Source of the DNA: Eutreptiella sp. 'Long Island Sound 2002'
Taxonomy: Eukaryota; Protista; Euglenida
Length of the DNA stretch: 64,000 bases
Assembly: GCA_964036045.1 (NCBI GenBank)
Contig: OZ038378.1
Span: forward strand, 162,688,001 to 162,752,000
Reading direction: 5' to 3'
Made by a program: the position numbers and the translations under genes. Positions within the stretch are counted from its first letter, which is position 1. Every line of letters begins with the position of its first letter. Positions 1 through 12,079 of the stretch are shown piece by piece. The notes beneath the pieces are model-generated. The model did not search any database and was not told the origin of the DNA. It saw nothing but the letters and a program-made list of their open reading frames with translations.

Positions 1-258
1 GATTGGACTCGCAAGCTTTTTGGAAAGCCAAGAGTTCAAAGGGACCGTGTTGTATTGCAGAGTCTCAGGGCCGCTCGTGGTGCCCAGCCTGCCATGATTG
101 ACATTGACGACGTGGGTCGCCATATGCCAGCAGGGCAGTCTGTCAGCCCATGGGACAACGTGGCACCCCCAGACGTCGACCCTGGGCTGTTCGTTTCCAG
201 TATTGAAGACGATGTCTGTTCGTTGGAGTCTTTTGAAGGTGTGCTCTTTGCAAAGTGA
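1..258 (+). pseudogene. Possible C-terminal tail of another PLE-like RT ORF, cut by the window edge
   Basis: Frame 1 is open from base 1 (DWTRKLFG...MIDIDDVGR). It loosely resembles the end of the 52080 RT (DWWKNSVK...TDIDEGK). Similarity is weak. Confidence 0.2.
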
Positions 259-2104
259 ACGCAAACACATGGACACGGGTGGTGCGGATGCGGTGCTTGA
301 TCCTGAGTGCTTCGGGCACCGGCGTGCGGTTCACAGTGTGGCGGGATGCATGGATTTTTGACCATGTCCCTGTGCCTGGGTGCACAGCTGGTTTTCATGT
401 CAAACCGCTGCTGGCGATCTCTTGTCCACTCATGCTTGTTTTCCGGCGATGAATCCACCCGGCGCATCAGAATGTTTGAGAACGCCGAAACCACAAAATG
501 TTGCCCGTGTGAGGGGAAGGGAAACATTTGGGAGAGGCACTGCAAGCTAGAAACCGCAGGGCCGTGCAAGGGAAACAGAACCTGCGCGGGGGAAGAATGA
601 AGAGCCACACCTGTTCAAGCAAGCCAAGCAGTCGATTGCAATTCTGCGAAGACGTGATTTGGGCCGTTACGCACGCATGTATGCACCAACACGTTAACAA
701 GTCAGGAAAGCGCGACAATCAGAACGACCAGGAGGGATGCCTGGGACACGGCGAAAATTTCGCCACCGCTGAGAGTCCCAACGTTTGGAACGCAAACGGG
801 TGCGTTTGCAGAGCACGCCCACCATCATTATCATGATAAAGCCACACAGCCCATCTCATCACCATCCCCGGCCATACCCACACCATGCAGCCCCTGCCAG
901 TATCAACCCGCACAGCCCATGCCATGCAGTCATTCTGCCACATGTGCCCAACACCGTGCGGGGGTGTGCCCCTGGACATGATCGCACAGGCGCAGGATGT
1001 GTGTTGCCGGGACCAAAGCACGCCTCCGAACCCGCCTGACCCATCCATTTCAGGAGGGAACACGTCGGCCACCGCAAACTTCGCACCGTTTCCTCCCGCC
1101 GGGAATGCCCCTGCGGCGTTGTCCGTCCCAACTCTCCCCTCCGTTGCGCGTTCCTGTCAGGGAGGCTGAGGGTCGGCTGGGACTGCACCGGAGGAGGGAT
1201 CTGATGGGGACGTCATGATTCGGTTGGGGCCTGTTGGGGGCCGTGGTGACGCCTTTGGAATTACAAAACGCCCACAGGAGTCCTTAGAAAAGGGCAGTCT
1301 GAGGACCGCTGATGGCCTGGCCCCAGAGTTTTGCTTAACACCTCAGCATCTCCGGGGGGACCCGGATTTCATTGTGGGAAAAATAGAAATTTGCAAAAGG
1401 AAATATTGATTTTTTTTTTTGGCTGTTTTTGGACTTTTGGGTTCCAGACCCCCCCCCCTTTATTGTGGGTGTTAGAAGCCCCTGTCAGGAACATTGTCCT
1501 GCAGATGCACACCCCAGTGCGCTCAAGTCAGTGCTGGAGTCGGCAAACCCAGCAAACCCCAGCTCACTGCCCACCTCAATCCAGGCGTGCTCACACAACG
1601 CACAATGTGAGTCTTCACGTTCGTCAGCATCGGTGTCGTCAGCATTGGTGTCATCGGGCCCATGACGCGGCATCTGAGGCATCCTGTGCACTGCCACCCC
1701 ACCCACTGCAGACACTACAACCCGTCCACGTAACACTGGACGGTGGTGAAGGGACGCGTGCCCTGACGCCCGCAAGAAATTGCTGCGGAAGGAAGTAGCC
1801 ATTGAGGGTCAGTGATGGATGTACAGGAGCCACCCGGCCCCCAATGGCCCTTGACGAATTACGCAGTTCGCCGGACGAACAAGAGTCCCCCGGATGTGTC
1901 AGGGGCCGGGGGGTGTTGTCCTGCCCAATCACCGATGGCTCCCGTATCATTGTGTGGCGACCTCCTGCCGCTGCCGCCACCTCCGCACATCCTCCACCGC
2001 GCCCTCTGTGCCATCCTGCGGTTGGCGAGCGCCGGTGGTGTTGCGCGGACCGCACGTCCCTTGCACCGCGGGCCACCCGTGTTCATTTAGGTCTCACCGG
2101 AGGC

Positions 2105-3010
2105 ATGAGCCAGCCCTCCTCCAGGACGGGCTCCAAGCCCTCCTCCAAGGCGACCACCCCCGTGGCAGCGCAGACCAGAGGACGGGCCTACACCGACCCC
2201 CAGCGGCTCATGGCACGCCCCAACGGAGGCCGCGCCGTCAGCGTGAGCCCGCGGGCCTCCGAGCGGCAGAGCGGCATCCCGCGGGCGTCGAGGAGCCAGA
2301 CCAGCACCCCGAGGGCCCAGGCCGCACCCCCGTGTGAGTTTGGCGCGGGCTTCCCCATGGCCTCCAGCAGCCCCATGTCCCACATTCCCGGGGCAGGCGT
2401 GATCCTGCCGCTCCCGACACCGGATCCCATCGGTGCCCGCCCCACCGCGCCGGAATGGGGCGGCGCCGCAGTGGCAGGCGCGCCAGCAGCGGGAGCATCG
2501 CCCGCGCCCGCCCCAACAGAGGGGAGGTTAGCCCGCCCTCCGCCCGCGGCGCCCCTCGATATGACCTCGGCGGAAGCCCCATGCGATGCATCGGAGCACG
2601 GGACAAGCGCGGCGGGGGAACCCGCGGGGCTCGGGGACCCTGCGGAGGACGATCATGGCGAGGTGCGCGTGTGTGTCTTCTGCACCGCAATCGCCTGTGA
2701 GAGTCAACCCACGAGAGAAACCGAAAGAACCCCAACAAGCAACTGGGCTTTTGGGGTGGCAAGTGAGTTTAATTGCTACATTGATGGCATCCATGCGATA
2801 AGAATTTGTGTTGAGGGGGTTTACAGAAGGTGTGTTTGGTGGTTGTCGAGGTGCTCGGCCAACACAAGTAACAGATGGTTGCTGTACGGCCGCGTTGGGG
2901 GGTGCGCACCACGCGCTTTGCACAATTTTATCCTTTTTTCACCCACTTTCACCCCATGTTCACCCCCTTTCACCTCTTTGTGTTCTTTGGAGGTGAAGAT
3001 TGGAGTGTGA
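2105..3010 (+). CDS. Low-complexity Pro/Ala/Ser-rich ORF or exon of unknown function
   Basis: Within the 1802-3010 ORF. ATG at 2105 starts a very GC-rich segment (MSQPSSRTGSKPSSK...) that changes composition near 2670. No recognisable domain. Confidence 0.3.
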   Translation: MSQPSSRTGSKPSSKATTPVAAQTRGRAYTDPQRLMARPNGGRAVSVSPRASERQSGIPRASRSQTSTPRAQAAPPCEFGAGFPMASSSPMSHIPGAGVILPLPTPDPIGARPTAPEWGGAAVAGAPAAGASPAPAPTEGRLARPPPAAPLDMTSAEAPCDASEHGTSAAGEPAGLGDPAEDDHGEVRVCVFCTAIACESQPTRETERTPTSNWAFGVASEFNCYIDGIHAIRICVEGVYRRCVWWLSRCSANTSNRWLLYGRVGGCAPRALHNFILFSPTFTPCSPPFTSLCSLEVKIGV

Positions 3011-4389
3011 TGATGCGAAATCACCTCACGGCTGGAACATCCACAATGCATCTCAAGGATGTACCACCAGATGTCCATCAAAAGGTCATGCAGGGGTGGA
3101 GAACACCTTGGCACATTTGAATTGAGGCATCATGGCAAACGCCCCTTCCTTTTGGCACGTCACCAACGGCACCTGCGCCGCTGCCGCCCCTGTCACTGCC
3201 ATGTCACTTCCATTGCAAGTGTCACCGTTTGCCACGGCCGTGGCCACCGCTTCCCCTGCGCCCTTGGACGTCCCCCGCACTTTGCAATGTGCTGTTGCAC
3301 AAAGGCATGGGCGCTCCACCGTGAGGGGGTGCGTCCTTCAGGAACTTGGGGCAGAACTCCTGCAAACCGCAGTTGGGATTCGCTTTGATTCACCGACCCC
3401 CCGTTTCTGTGGGGGGCATTGCACACCCTCCGTAGCTACGACCGATGGCGTGTCATTCATGGAGGGGGCGCCAGGAGGCAAGTGTTCTGGTTGACCAACA
3501 GAGACGGGCAACCCTGTCCATTTCCATGGATCCTGCGGGGGCGCTTGCGTCGGAAGGTTGGGACGTGGTTGGGTGACTCCCTGGCTGAGCCCCCTCCCTC
3601 CCCCTCTGCTGATGTACCCTGAAGAGCCCTGAGCGCCAGTATGGAGAGCAGATGCAGGGACGAGGGCTGAATTTGGCAGCACACTTTGTACTGTGACAGC
3701 GCCGTACACCGGCGGGATGGGCAGAAGGCGATGACAGCCGTGGGGCAAGCGCGGCCAGAGCCTAATGCAGGCACTGCACCCTGACCGTTTGAGGCCCTCT
3801 GCTGATGTGCACCAAGTGCTGTGCCTCAGGCCCCAAACACGGCTGAGCTCCTTTTCGATTTGCCCCTCGGCCCCGCTGCCAAGAAAACGCGCCGTGGGTG
3901 TCGAACAGCAGCCATTCAAACGTATTGACGCTGCTCCCCTGAAAATGGATCACAGTCCCCCACTCTACCCACTACCGCCGGGGGTGCCGTCGCTCTCCTC
4001 ATGATACCTGTGGTGCACTCAGAGGCTGCAAGCGGTAATGCCGGCCTCATCCCGTTGCTGCATGCGCCTGCACGCCCTGGGAAGTGTAGGGGAGGAGGTG
4101 CACTGTGCCATGCAGGACATGCGAGGGAAACTGCCGGCGAGAAGCATTCGGTGCCCGTTTGGGCCCTCGTTTGCTTGGGCTCCACCCCCGGCAGCACGGG
4201 TTTGGGCCCAGAAACTGCGCCTCAAAGGACTCCAAATTCCCAAATCTGCACCATTTGGGGGGCGTTGGGCCGAACCCCTTTGCGGGCATTGGGGGGGCGT
4301 AGACGGGCCCGCCTGCGGATGCGCTTGATGTTTGCAAAAGGGACCCTGCCCGATGGGGTGGTTTGGGTCTGGACCGAACTACGGTTCAG

Positions 4390-4390
<1 letters not shown>

Positions 4391-4480
<90 letters not shown>
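4391..4480. repeat. (TG)45 microsatellite
   Basis: Perfect TG dinucleotide run of 90 nt, read directly. Confidence 0.98.
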
Positions 4481-4482
<2 letters not shown>

Positions 4483-5177
4483 GCCAGTGCTCTGAGCTCG
4501 CCCCTGTTCTTGCCTTTAGGCCCCCGAGACACAGCCAACGGGTGACGACACGGAACTGTTTTTATCACTATCCCCAAATTCACCGTTCGGTAACGACGGG
4601 GAGCCCTCATGCCTCCTGCCCTCCGACTGTGATGCCAGCGGCGTGTTGCACGATGATGAAACCCTCAGGTATCGGAGGGGCAGGTCGTGGGGGGGCTGGA
4701 GCTGGGAGGAGGGTGGAACGAGGTTGTGGGAACAGGGTTTGGAGGGGGAGGCGGGGGAAGAGGTCGGCAGGCAGAGGCGGTTGGAGGAGATTGGCACGGT
4801 CCCATTGGTAATCCGCACGAAGAAACAGCAGCCACAAACATAGGCTCGGAAAGGCAGACTACCGGTATGAGCAGCAGCAACTCTAACGGGGATTTGGTCG
4901 GGTCCCGGTGGCGAGGGGTCCCAGAGATGTGCGAGCGCCCGCGGCCCATGCCCGGAACCATCGAAGATCGGAGGGGCCCATGCTCCGGCATGCCGTGATA
5001 TTCCCGGGGGCCAGCCCCCAGTCCATCGAACCCCATCCTCCCTGGACTGCAACCAATTTATTCATTCAAACCCAAACTAGTGCATACACCCGGAAGTACC
5101 AACTGGCGCACTTAGCCTTTGCAGCAACCTCGCCCCTCCCCCACCTTTTTTTCCCCTCAGAGGGTCAGAATGAGCAG

Positions 5178-5240
5178 GCAAGAGGTCAATAGGCGCCAAA
5201 GGCAAACAGCCTAATACCGAGGCCTTGTGCCAAACCCCCC
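5178..5240 (+). repeat. Short interspersed repeat, second copy at about 18918-18985
   Basis: gaggtcaataggcgcc...gaggccttgtgccaaacccccc matches gaggccaataggcgcc...aaggccttgtgccaacaacccccc. Confidence 0.65.
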
Positions 5241-5965
5241 CTCCCGCCCGCCCCTGCAGTGGTGCGGCGCTGTCTACGCGCGGTGACCCCGTCCGACTCT
5301 ACTATCTCTGACCGCAATGTTTGTAGTTAGGAATGCTGCGTGACATGTTTGCGGTACGGTGCTGCATTTGGGGCTGGTTCCGCTCATAACAGTATCAACA
5401 GCATTCTACTTGGGAGTGCAACCCACTTCTATTCTTTGTGAGACTGTAGCTATCATGGGCCCCAAACCACCAAAGAGCCGATTGCCTGTGAGTCACCTGT
5501 TCTTGTACAAGCGCAACATCCCTCGAATTGAGCAACGTAAAAAATTCAACTGTGGAGGGGGGGTGGGGGGCGTTTGAGCCACTTTTTTGGGAGGGGGACA
5601 AGGGGGGTTTGAAAAAAGGCTCCTGTGACCAAAGGTGTATCTACTCAAACAATGCACTTGGGGTTTGGCTTGCCCCCTGGGCAACGGCAAAGGGCGGCAC
5701 CCCGCAGGACAGGGCGTCGCCGTTTGCCTGAGCCCCCCCCCCCTCCTCCGGTCGCACTGAGCACCTCATAAAAGAGGGGAGAAACGCCACCAGCTTGTGT
5801 GTTTGTGTGTTCACCTGCCCACACCCCTTACCCCCGCCCTACCCAGACCCGCCCACATGCCCGCCCACCTACCCAGACCCTCGCCTCCCTCTGCTGCTCA
5901 CAAGCCCATCCACACGCCCGCCCACCCAACTAGACCCTCACCCCAACCGCCCACACACACGCCCA

Positions 5966-7025
5966 GCCGCATGTGGTGTCCGGAGGACGTGAAAAAAAGT
6001 ATCGGTTCAGAAATATTTTCATGAATGAATTAAATCTTAAAGGGTGCGTTTCTGCAGCGTGCATTGGCCAAAAATGCAGCTTGGGTTACCCCCGAGGCAA
6101 AAGCAAATGGCCACACCCCTTGGGATGGTGCTTCAGCTTGCCCCCCTCCAATTTCATTAAGCATGTCACAAAAAGTGGGGGGTTAAGCACCACCAGTTTT
6201 GAGATATTTGGGTCGCAAAGTGCTGGCTTAGGGCCAAGCATGGCATGGTTTGGTATGGCGTGTTTTCAGATGATCATCCGTGTCAGCAAACTAGAAGCCA
6301 TTTTCACCCGATTGGTACGCACACATTGCTTCCCAATTGGCGTACACATGTGTATTGGTGACGGATTGCTGGACTGCTGTAGTTCTAAGGGCGATTTTCA
6401 GATTATCTCAAGAGAAAGAGAGCGTTCACCTGCCCAGCCGGGCGCCTGCCTACCTGCCCGCCCTCCACCCACCGGCCCACCCGTCCACCTACCTTCACCC
6501 CTACCCCGCGTGCTCCCACGCCCACCCACATGTCCGCCAACCTACTCATACCCTTACCCCACGTGTCTAGCCGCCCCGCTCACCCATCAAGACCCTTATC
6601 CCACTCACACACACACCTGCCCACCCACCCACCCAATACCCAAACCCTTACCCCGCCTGCCCACCAGCCAAACCATGTGCCAATGGGATACAGGCCAGCA
6701 CAAAACATGCATTTGAGGCTGTCCGGAGGACTTGAAAAAATGTATCGACTGAGAATTATTTTCATGAATTATTTCTCAACTGGTGCATCTTTGCAGCTGC
6801 ACCGGTGTGCGAAAAATGTGGTGTTGATTGCCCCTTGAGCAACGGCAAGGACCGCACCCCTTGGGACATGGCTTCACCGCTTGCCCAACAGGGCCCCTCT
6901 CTGCATTGAGCTCGTTGTAAAATGGGGGTAGCACCACCAATTTTGAGATATTTGTGGTACAAAGTGCTAGCTCGGGGCCAGGCATGGCATGGTTTGGTAT
7001 GGCGTGCTTTCGGGTTATCATCTAT
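5966..7025 (+). repeat. Two diverged ~315-bp direct repeats (5966-6280, 6708-7025) separated by C-rich tracts; partial third copy at 5665-5730
   Basis: Shared blocks tgtccggaggac.tgaaaaaa, ttttcatgaat, gcaccacca.ttttgagatattt and gcatggcatggtttggtatggcgtg. Confidence 0.85.
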
Positions 7026-7305
7026 GCGACATGGATCCCCATGGCTGTATATGCACTCCCATTGTCACCAAATGATCACCCAACAACGGCGCAAGAATCC
7101 CTGGAGGCCGTCAGAGGCCATCCCAAAATGGCAATTTTTCAGCCAACCCATGACGGCCTAGAAATGGCTAAGTCCTCACTGGTGGGGCCCCATAGGGGGG
7201 CCAATCATAGAAACTTGGATATCGTTTAGCCATAGGTGCCTATCGATTGGCCACAGGTACCTATTTCTTGGCCGACGAAGGCTATTCGTAAAATGTGCGT
7301 GCGGG

Positions 7306-7448
7306 GTATGGTATAGGCTGTTGGTGTAGAACGGTTGGTGGGTATGGTTAGGGCTGTTGGTGTAGTACGGGTGGCGCGTGTGGTAAGGGCTATTGATTTA
7401 GTATGGGTGGTGAGCATGGTAAGGCTGTTTGTGTAGTACGGTTGAAGA
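7306..7448 (+). repeat. 36-bp minisatellite, about 4 copies
   Basis: Unit approximately gtatggtaagggctgttggtgtagtacgggtggtgg, tandem with no spacers. Confidence 0.85.
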
Positions 7449-7487
7449 CATGCAAGTAAGGAAGGGGCACTACTGTATACTCATGGG

Positions 7488-8063
7488 TCAGACCACATCG
7501 GTACCCATGTCTAATGCAATTGTCACCCACACTGCCACTTCTCTCCACAACACAGTGAGATGATCATGTGTTTGCTGCCCCATACCGCGGCCCTGTGGGA
7601 TCACTGACCTGCCAAAAAAAAAGCCAAATACTGCCCACAAAACATGATACAAATGTGATGGTCTGACATACGTTTGGGCAACCCCTTGGGGACAGTCCTT
7701 TGGGCCGGCGGTTAACTGCCAACCGCCGGTGGCTAAGCCCAAACACTTGTTCAGTAAGCACCGACTGCGAGTAAAGGGACCACCAGTGACAAACCTCAGA
7801 TGAATGTATTGCTGGATGATTTGAGACTTTGCCATGTGGTGCCTGATTACTTTCTCCGTGTTCTTCTTGTTGGTCCAGTGAGAACCCCCCTGGATCAGGG
7901 GGGCGCAGCCACATGGGACAGCATGGAGAGTGGGTACGTCAATGGAACCGAACAGGATTGAGGCGAGACGCGTGTGGGCACGCCAGGGGACCGTACCCGT
8001 CCCATCGTTGTCGCATCCCTGTCGCATCCTGTACTCAGTGCATGGTGCCACATCTCCGCCCAC
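7488..8063 (-). pseudogene. Remnant of an unnamed protein family (GGx[FL]TRS...PQG)
   Basis: VTGGPFTRSRCLL...GGWQLTAGPKDCPQGVAQTYVRPSHL aligns by eye with KCGGHFTRSPQ...AGCLLLADSGVCPMPQGFCVQHDVGPDRL (31358-31825) and GGWLTRS...APKG (34396-34683). Confidence 0.5.
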
Positions 8064-8727
8064 TCATTTCTCACCCCCGTACTCCCACTTTAAAACGCTC
8101 TTCTCTGTTGTGTAATCCCCTTAGTAATTCGGAACCTCCTTCGATGGCGTTGGACAACTCACCGGCCGGTGTTGACGGGCGCAGCACCGCGTTTCCTCTA
8201 CTCTCTGCACTGTCCGTCTCATGCAAACCGCTGGGGGCACCAGAGCCCTTGCCAAGCAACCGTGAACTGCCAGCGCGCCCGCGAGCCCAGTCGCCAGGGC
8301 CTGGGTACGCTGCAGCCACCGCCAGCAGCCTGAGTTATGCCTCTGCCACTGCGGCCTCTGTGGTATGTTTGTGTTTACGCCGCAATGGCACCTTTGAAGT
8401 CTGCGAGTGTTGCATGGAGCATCAAGGGGAAGTTGCTGGTTGTAGGCTTCAGCTGTTGGTTCATGCACATGTGCATATTTTCTGATGCCCTGCCCACAAA
8501 AAGGCCCATGGCCTCCGCCTTGGACTTGAAGCTTGAACTGATGTGCCGATCAAATGTGCAATTACGTGGCGATTTTCGTTCCACAAGGGCGGCAGGTTTT
8601 CAACTCTGGGGGGTCATGGGGGGGGGGGTCAATCGAGCTCTCCAAATTGGGGAGGGGGGGGGGTTGGGGAAAAGGGCTCAATTGACAAGACCCATTATTT
8701 CCATTGGCACCAAAGGCACCAGGAGGA

Positions 8728-9310
8728 AATTCTATTGCCTTCAGCAAGTCCACCTTGTTGAGAACCTACCCCAAGCAACACACATTCAAAATAGGGTAAA
8801 AACTACATCAATACGGGCTAAAATATGCTTTACATATCTTGGATGGTCATTTTAGGTGACCACTCTATCAAAAAGATAAGTTTCGGAAAATTCTATTGCC
8901 TTCGGCAAGTCCACCTCGCAGAGAATCTGCCCCAAGCAACGCACACACAAAATAGGGTAAAAAACTACATAAATACCGGCTAAAACATGCTTCAAGTATC
9001 GTGGATGGTCATTTTAGGTGATCACAATATCAAAAAAAACAACTTTCGAAAACTTCGATTTTTGAGCTGCCCAGGGTGAAAAGCTGCATAAGCAGGTTGT
9101 GTACCAATCCCTTGGGAGACCCCCCCCCCTGGAGCTAATACCCAAATAGGGTGAAAAACACATAAATACGGCCTAAAACATGCTTTACATACCTTGGATG
9201 GTCATTTTAGGTGATCACAATATCATAAAAACAAGTTTCGAAAACTTCGATTTTTGAGCTGCCCATGCCCAGCGTGAAAAACTGCACAAGCAAGTTGTGT
9301 ACCGGCCCAT
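8728..9310 (+). repeat. Interspersed repeat with internal tandem subunits; same family at 63633-64000
   Basis: Core aaatacggcctaaaacatgctttacataccttggatggtcattttaggtgatcacaatatc occurs three times here and twice at the window end. Both copies begin aaattctattgccttc. Confidence 0.92.
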
Positions 9311-9689
9311 TCACTAGGCCATTATTGGTGGAAACAGTCATTTCGCGTCTTAGGCACGGGTTGTGACCGGCTCTCAGCAAGGCTAGAGACTGCAAAAAAA
9401 CGTCCTTCCGTGTCCTAGTAGGCATATACTGTCACAACATCCCCACTCACACCCCTCAGAGTGGGTACCACGGGGTCACCGAGGTTGCCAAAACCGCCAA
9501 CATAGCAAAAATGGCTGAAAGTGCATAAACTGCATTAGCGCTCGTCCCACTCCGCCCCATACAAACCCCATGGAGTCGGGACCCGGAAACACTTTTTCGG
9601 CTCAAAATCCAAAAAAACCAAAAGATTCTCGATTTTCAACTCAAAAAAAGGGGGGTCATTTTTTTTCGACAATTTTGACCCCCCTTTCA

Positions 9690-10640
9690 CCCCCCCCCAT
9701 CCCCCTCCCTCAAAACCTCAGAAAAGTGGGTTTCAAGTGGGGGGGTTTGGGGGGGTCCGGACCAAAAACTCATTGGGGGGTGCATTTATTGGACAAAATA
9801 ATGATTTTACAAGGGATTAAACTAACAATTCAACCCCTTGGGGTAGGGTACGCGAATAGGCCCAAAAAGGCCCAAAATGGGGTATGTGGCGTTTTCCCCT
9901 ACATACGCCTGCCTAGCTTTGATCTAACAACCTCTGCGAGGTGATTTTGGTCAATGGTGGCCTACACAAAAATGTCCATGATGCATGCATGTCCACATGC
10001 TGCTAGAATAATGCAAGGTGTGGTTGCCCCCAGACTATGTGCATGGAAGCGTGCCATTGACCCCAAACCCGACACACAATGAATACCGTGTAGGTGGAGC
10101 ACGCGTAGTTATCCCAATCCACCACATACTGCATACCGGTACAGCATGCAAATGAACCTCTGTCCCCAAGGCAAGCAGTGGCCGAATGGTAATGCAGCAT
10201 ACTGCAGAACTTTTGGTCGGCGGTTTGAACCCAGGTCCGGCAAACATGGCAGTGCCGCCGCCGAGGACAGTCGACCGACCGGCATTCGAATCACCGACCT
10301 AAAACTCTGCAGTCGGGTGCGTTACCATTGGACCGGGGTTTGATGTGACAATTATGGGCCACCCCACTGCTTGGAGCCTCCTGAGCAAAACCTTTTGACA
10401 CCCCCCCCCCCCACCCCCACCCCCCACCTCAAAAAAGTGATATCCAGTTTTAGTGGATAGAGGCCTCAGAATCGAAAAATCCATTGGGGGATGGTCTTAT
10501 TGGGCAAAATAATGATTTTACAAGGGGTTGGACATCAAATACCATGCCTTGGGGTATGCTACGTGAATGACCCAAAAAAGGGGGGGTATACGACGCCCGC
10601 GCCTGCGCTTGATCTAACAACCTCTCCTCGAGGTGATTTC
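9690..10640 (+). repeat. Pair of ~250-bp degenerate direct repeats (9690-9950, 10400-10640) flanking a tRNA-like segment
   Basis: Shared ttattgg.caaaataatgattttacaaggg, ccttggggta.g.tacg.gaat and ttgatctaacaacctct..cgaggtgattt. Confidence 0.8.
10172..10243 (+). other. tRNA-derived (Cys-GCA-like) pseudogene or SINE head
   Basis: A box TGGCCGAATGG (10179), loop CTGCAGA and B box GGTTTGAACCC (10222) are at tRNA spacing. The acceptor and anticodon stems do not pair, so it is not a functional tRNA. Confidence 0.6.
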
Positions 10641-10891
10641 TTCTCTATACACTGATTCCGAGCCCTTCGGTATGTTCAAACAAGTGCTTTTACCGTGCTT
10701 TGAGCCGTGGTTACCCGTTTTAGCCACAATTAATTCTTGAAAATGGGCCATTTCAGGACGGAATCAGGGTCCAAAAGGATTGAAAAATGCATTTTTTCCA
10801 AAAGTGACCACTTGGGATGCTGATGCAAGTATTTCGTACCCTTTTCAGCATTTCAGCCCATGCGTTGATACATCTGAGGTGCACCAATATG

Positions 10892-11015
10892 TTGCAGTCA
10901 TCTCCAGTTACTATGCAGGATACAGACAGGGGCACAAACAAGGATGGAGACCAGGGCACAGCAAAGTGCACGGTTTGCTGTCTGTGGGGTGCATGGTAAC
11001 TGGAGATGACTGCAA
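10892..11015. repeat. Foldback hairpin / MITE-like element
   Basis: ttgcagtcatctccagttactatgca (10892-10917) is a 25/26 inverted match to 10990-11015. A further inner stem acagacag/ctgtctgt is present. Confidence 0.85.
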
Positions 11016-12079
11016 TAGTGTCAAATGCTCCTATTCTCACCAGCTGGGTCCCAATATTCAGTCCTGGTTAGCCCTACCCTGGTGAGCCCTACCCTGACCC
11101 TATGTAAGTGTCGCCCTCCCCTTCTAACCCCGTGGAACCCCCCCTTCTGCGGCCCCCCTGCCCTCTCCTCTATTGAAACCCTGGACGTTCTGGGTTGGTT
11201 TTGGGGGGTCCTGTCAATTGAGCCCTTTTGGGGGCGGGGGGTGGGGCAATTTTCATTCATCCTGCGTTTTAGATCTTGACGCCGCCAGCACAGCAAATCA
11301 GAATGAAAAGGCTTGGATTTTCAGTGGTGTCTGGATTTGACTGGGAAGATCCTGTTTTTGGAAACATCTAATATGGGGCACAACACTTTCTTTTTCCCTG
11401 CCCGATGGGATTTGCCGGGATTAGTGATAGGCTGCCTGTTTCGGGCCTGTATGGCCCCACTTTGGGCTATGAAGTTGGTGACACCGCAAGTCTTGTTCTT
11501 GACTTCATCACATTGAGGATTCCAATATGACAAACAAAGATCATTTTTTGACGAATTTCTGACAGCTGTGTTTCGATACTGTCAGCACCAATTATCATTC
11601 CCCTCGGGCTTGATGAACAGCAACTGGATTGCCCGCAGCATTCTCCTGGCCTGCTGTTGTGGGGGCTGATCATGAGAACACCAATGCGCTTGCAACCACC
11701 GCCTAGCCTCCGCCTGGTCGTCAGCGGCTTTCAAGCGTCGACGGTTGTGATGCTGTTCCGTCTGTCTATCTCAGGCCAACCGCAGCAAGGACGGCACGCG
11801 AGATCCCAGCCATGGCATTTCATACGGGAGAAAGTATGTGGTGATGAACTTGTGCACCTGCCCAGAGGCTGGCAACGGTTTTGGCGAAAGAGGGCACAAC
11901 AATCATGCCAAGCTGGGGGCCACCCTTTGCAACTGTTTGCACTGGGCGGTTCGAGCGCCCAGCAGCACACCACTGGGCAAACATTGGGCAGATGAGGCTG
12001 CAGGACAGGGATGCTTTTGTGGTGGCTTCCGACGCCTGCTTCCTCCCTTGCAGTGGGCCCGGGATGATGAAATGACTGC

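Noticed and set aside
7306-7448. 36-bp repeats of CRISPR-like length
   Set aside because: The units are directly tandem and degenerate with no unique spacers, no cas genes are present, and the context is eukaryotic.
10172-10243. Functional tRNA-Cys gene
   Set aside because: The acceptor and anticodon stems cannot pair, so it is retained only as a tRNA-derived relic.
11080-11105. Telomere-like ccctac/ccctga units
   Set aside because: Too short and degenerate to call an interstitial TTAGGG array.
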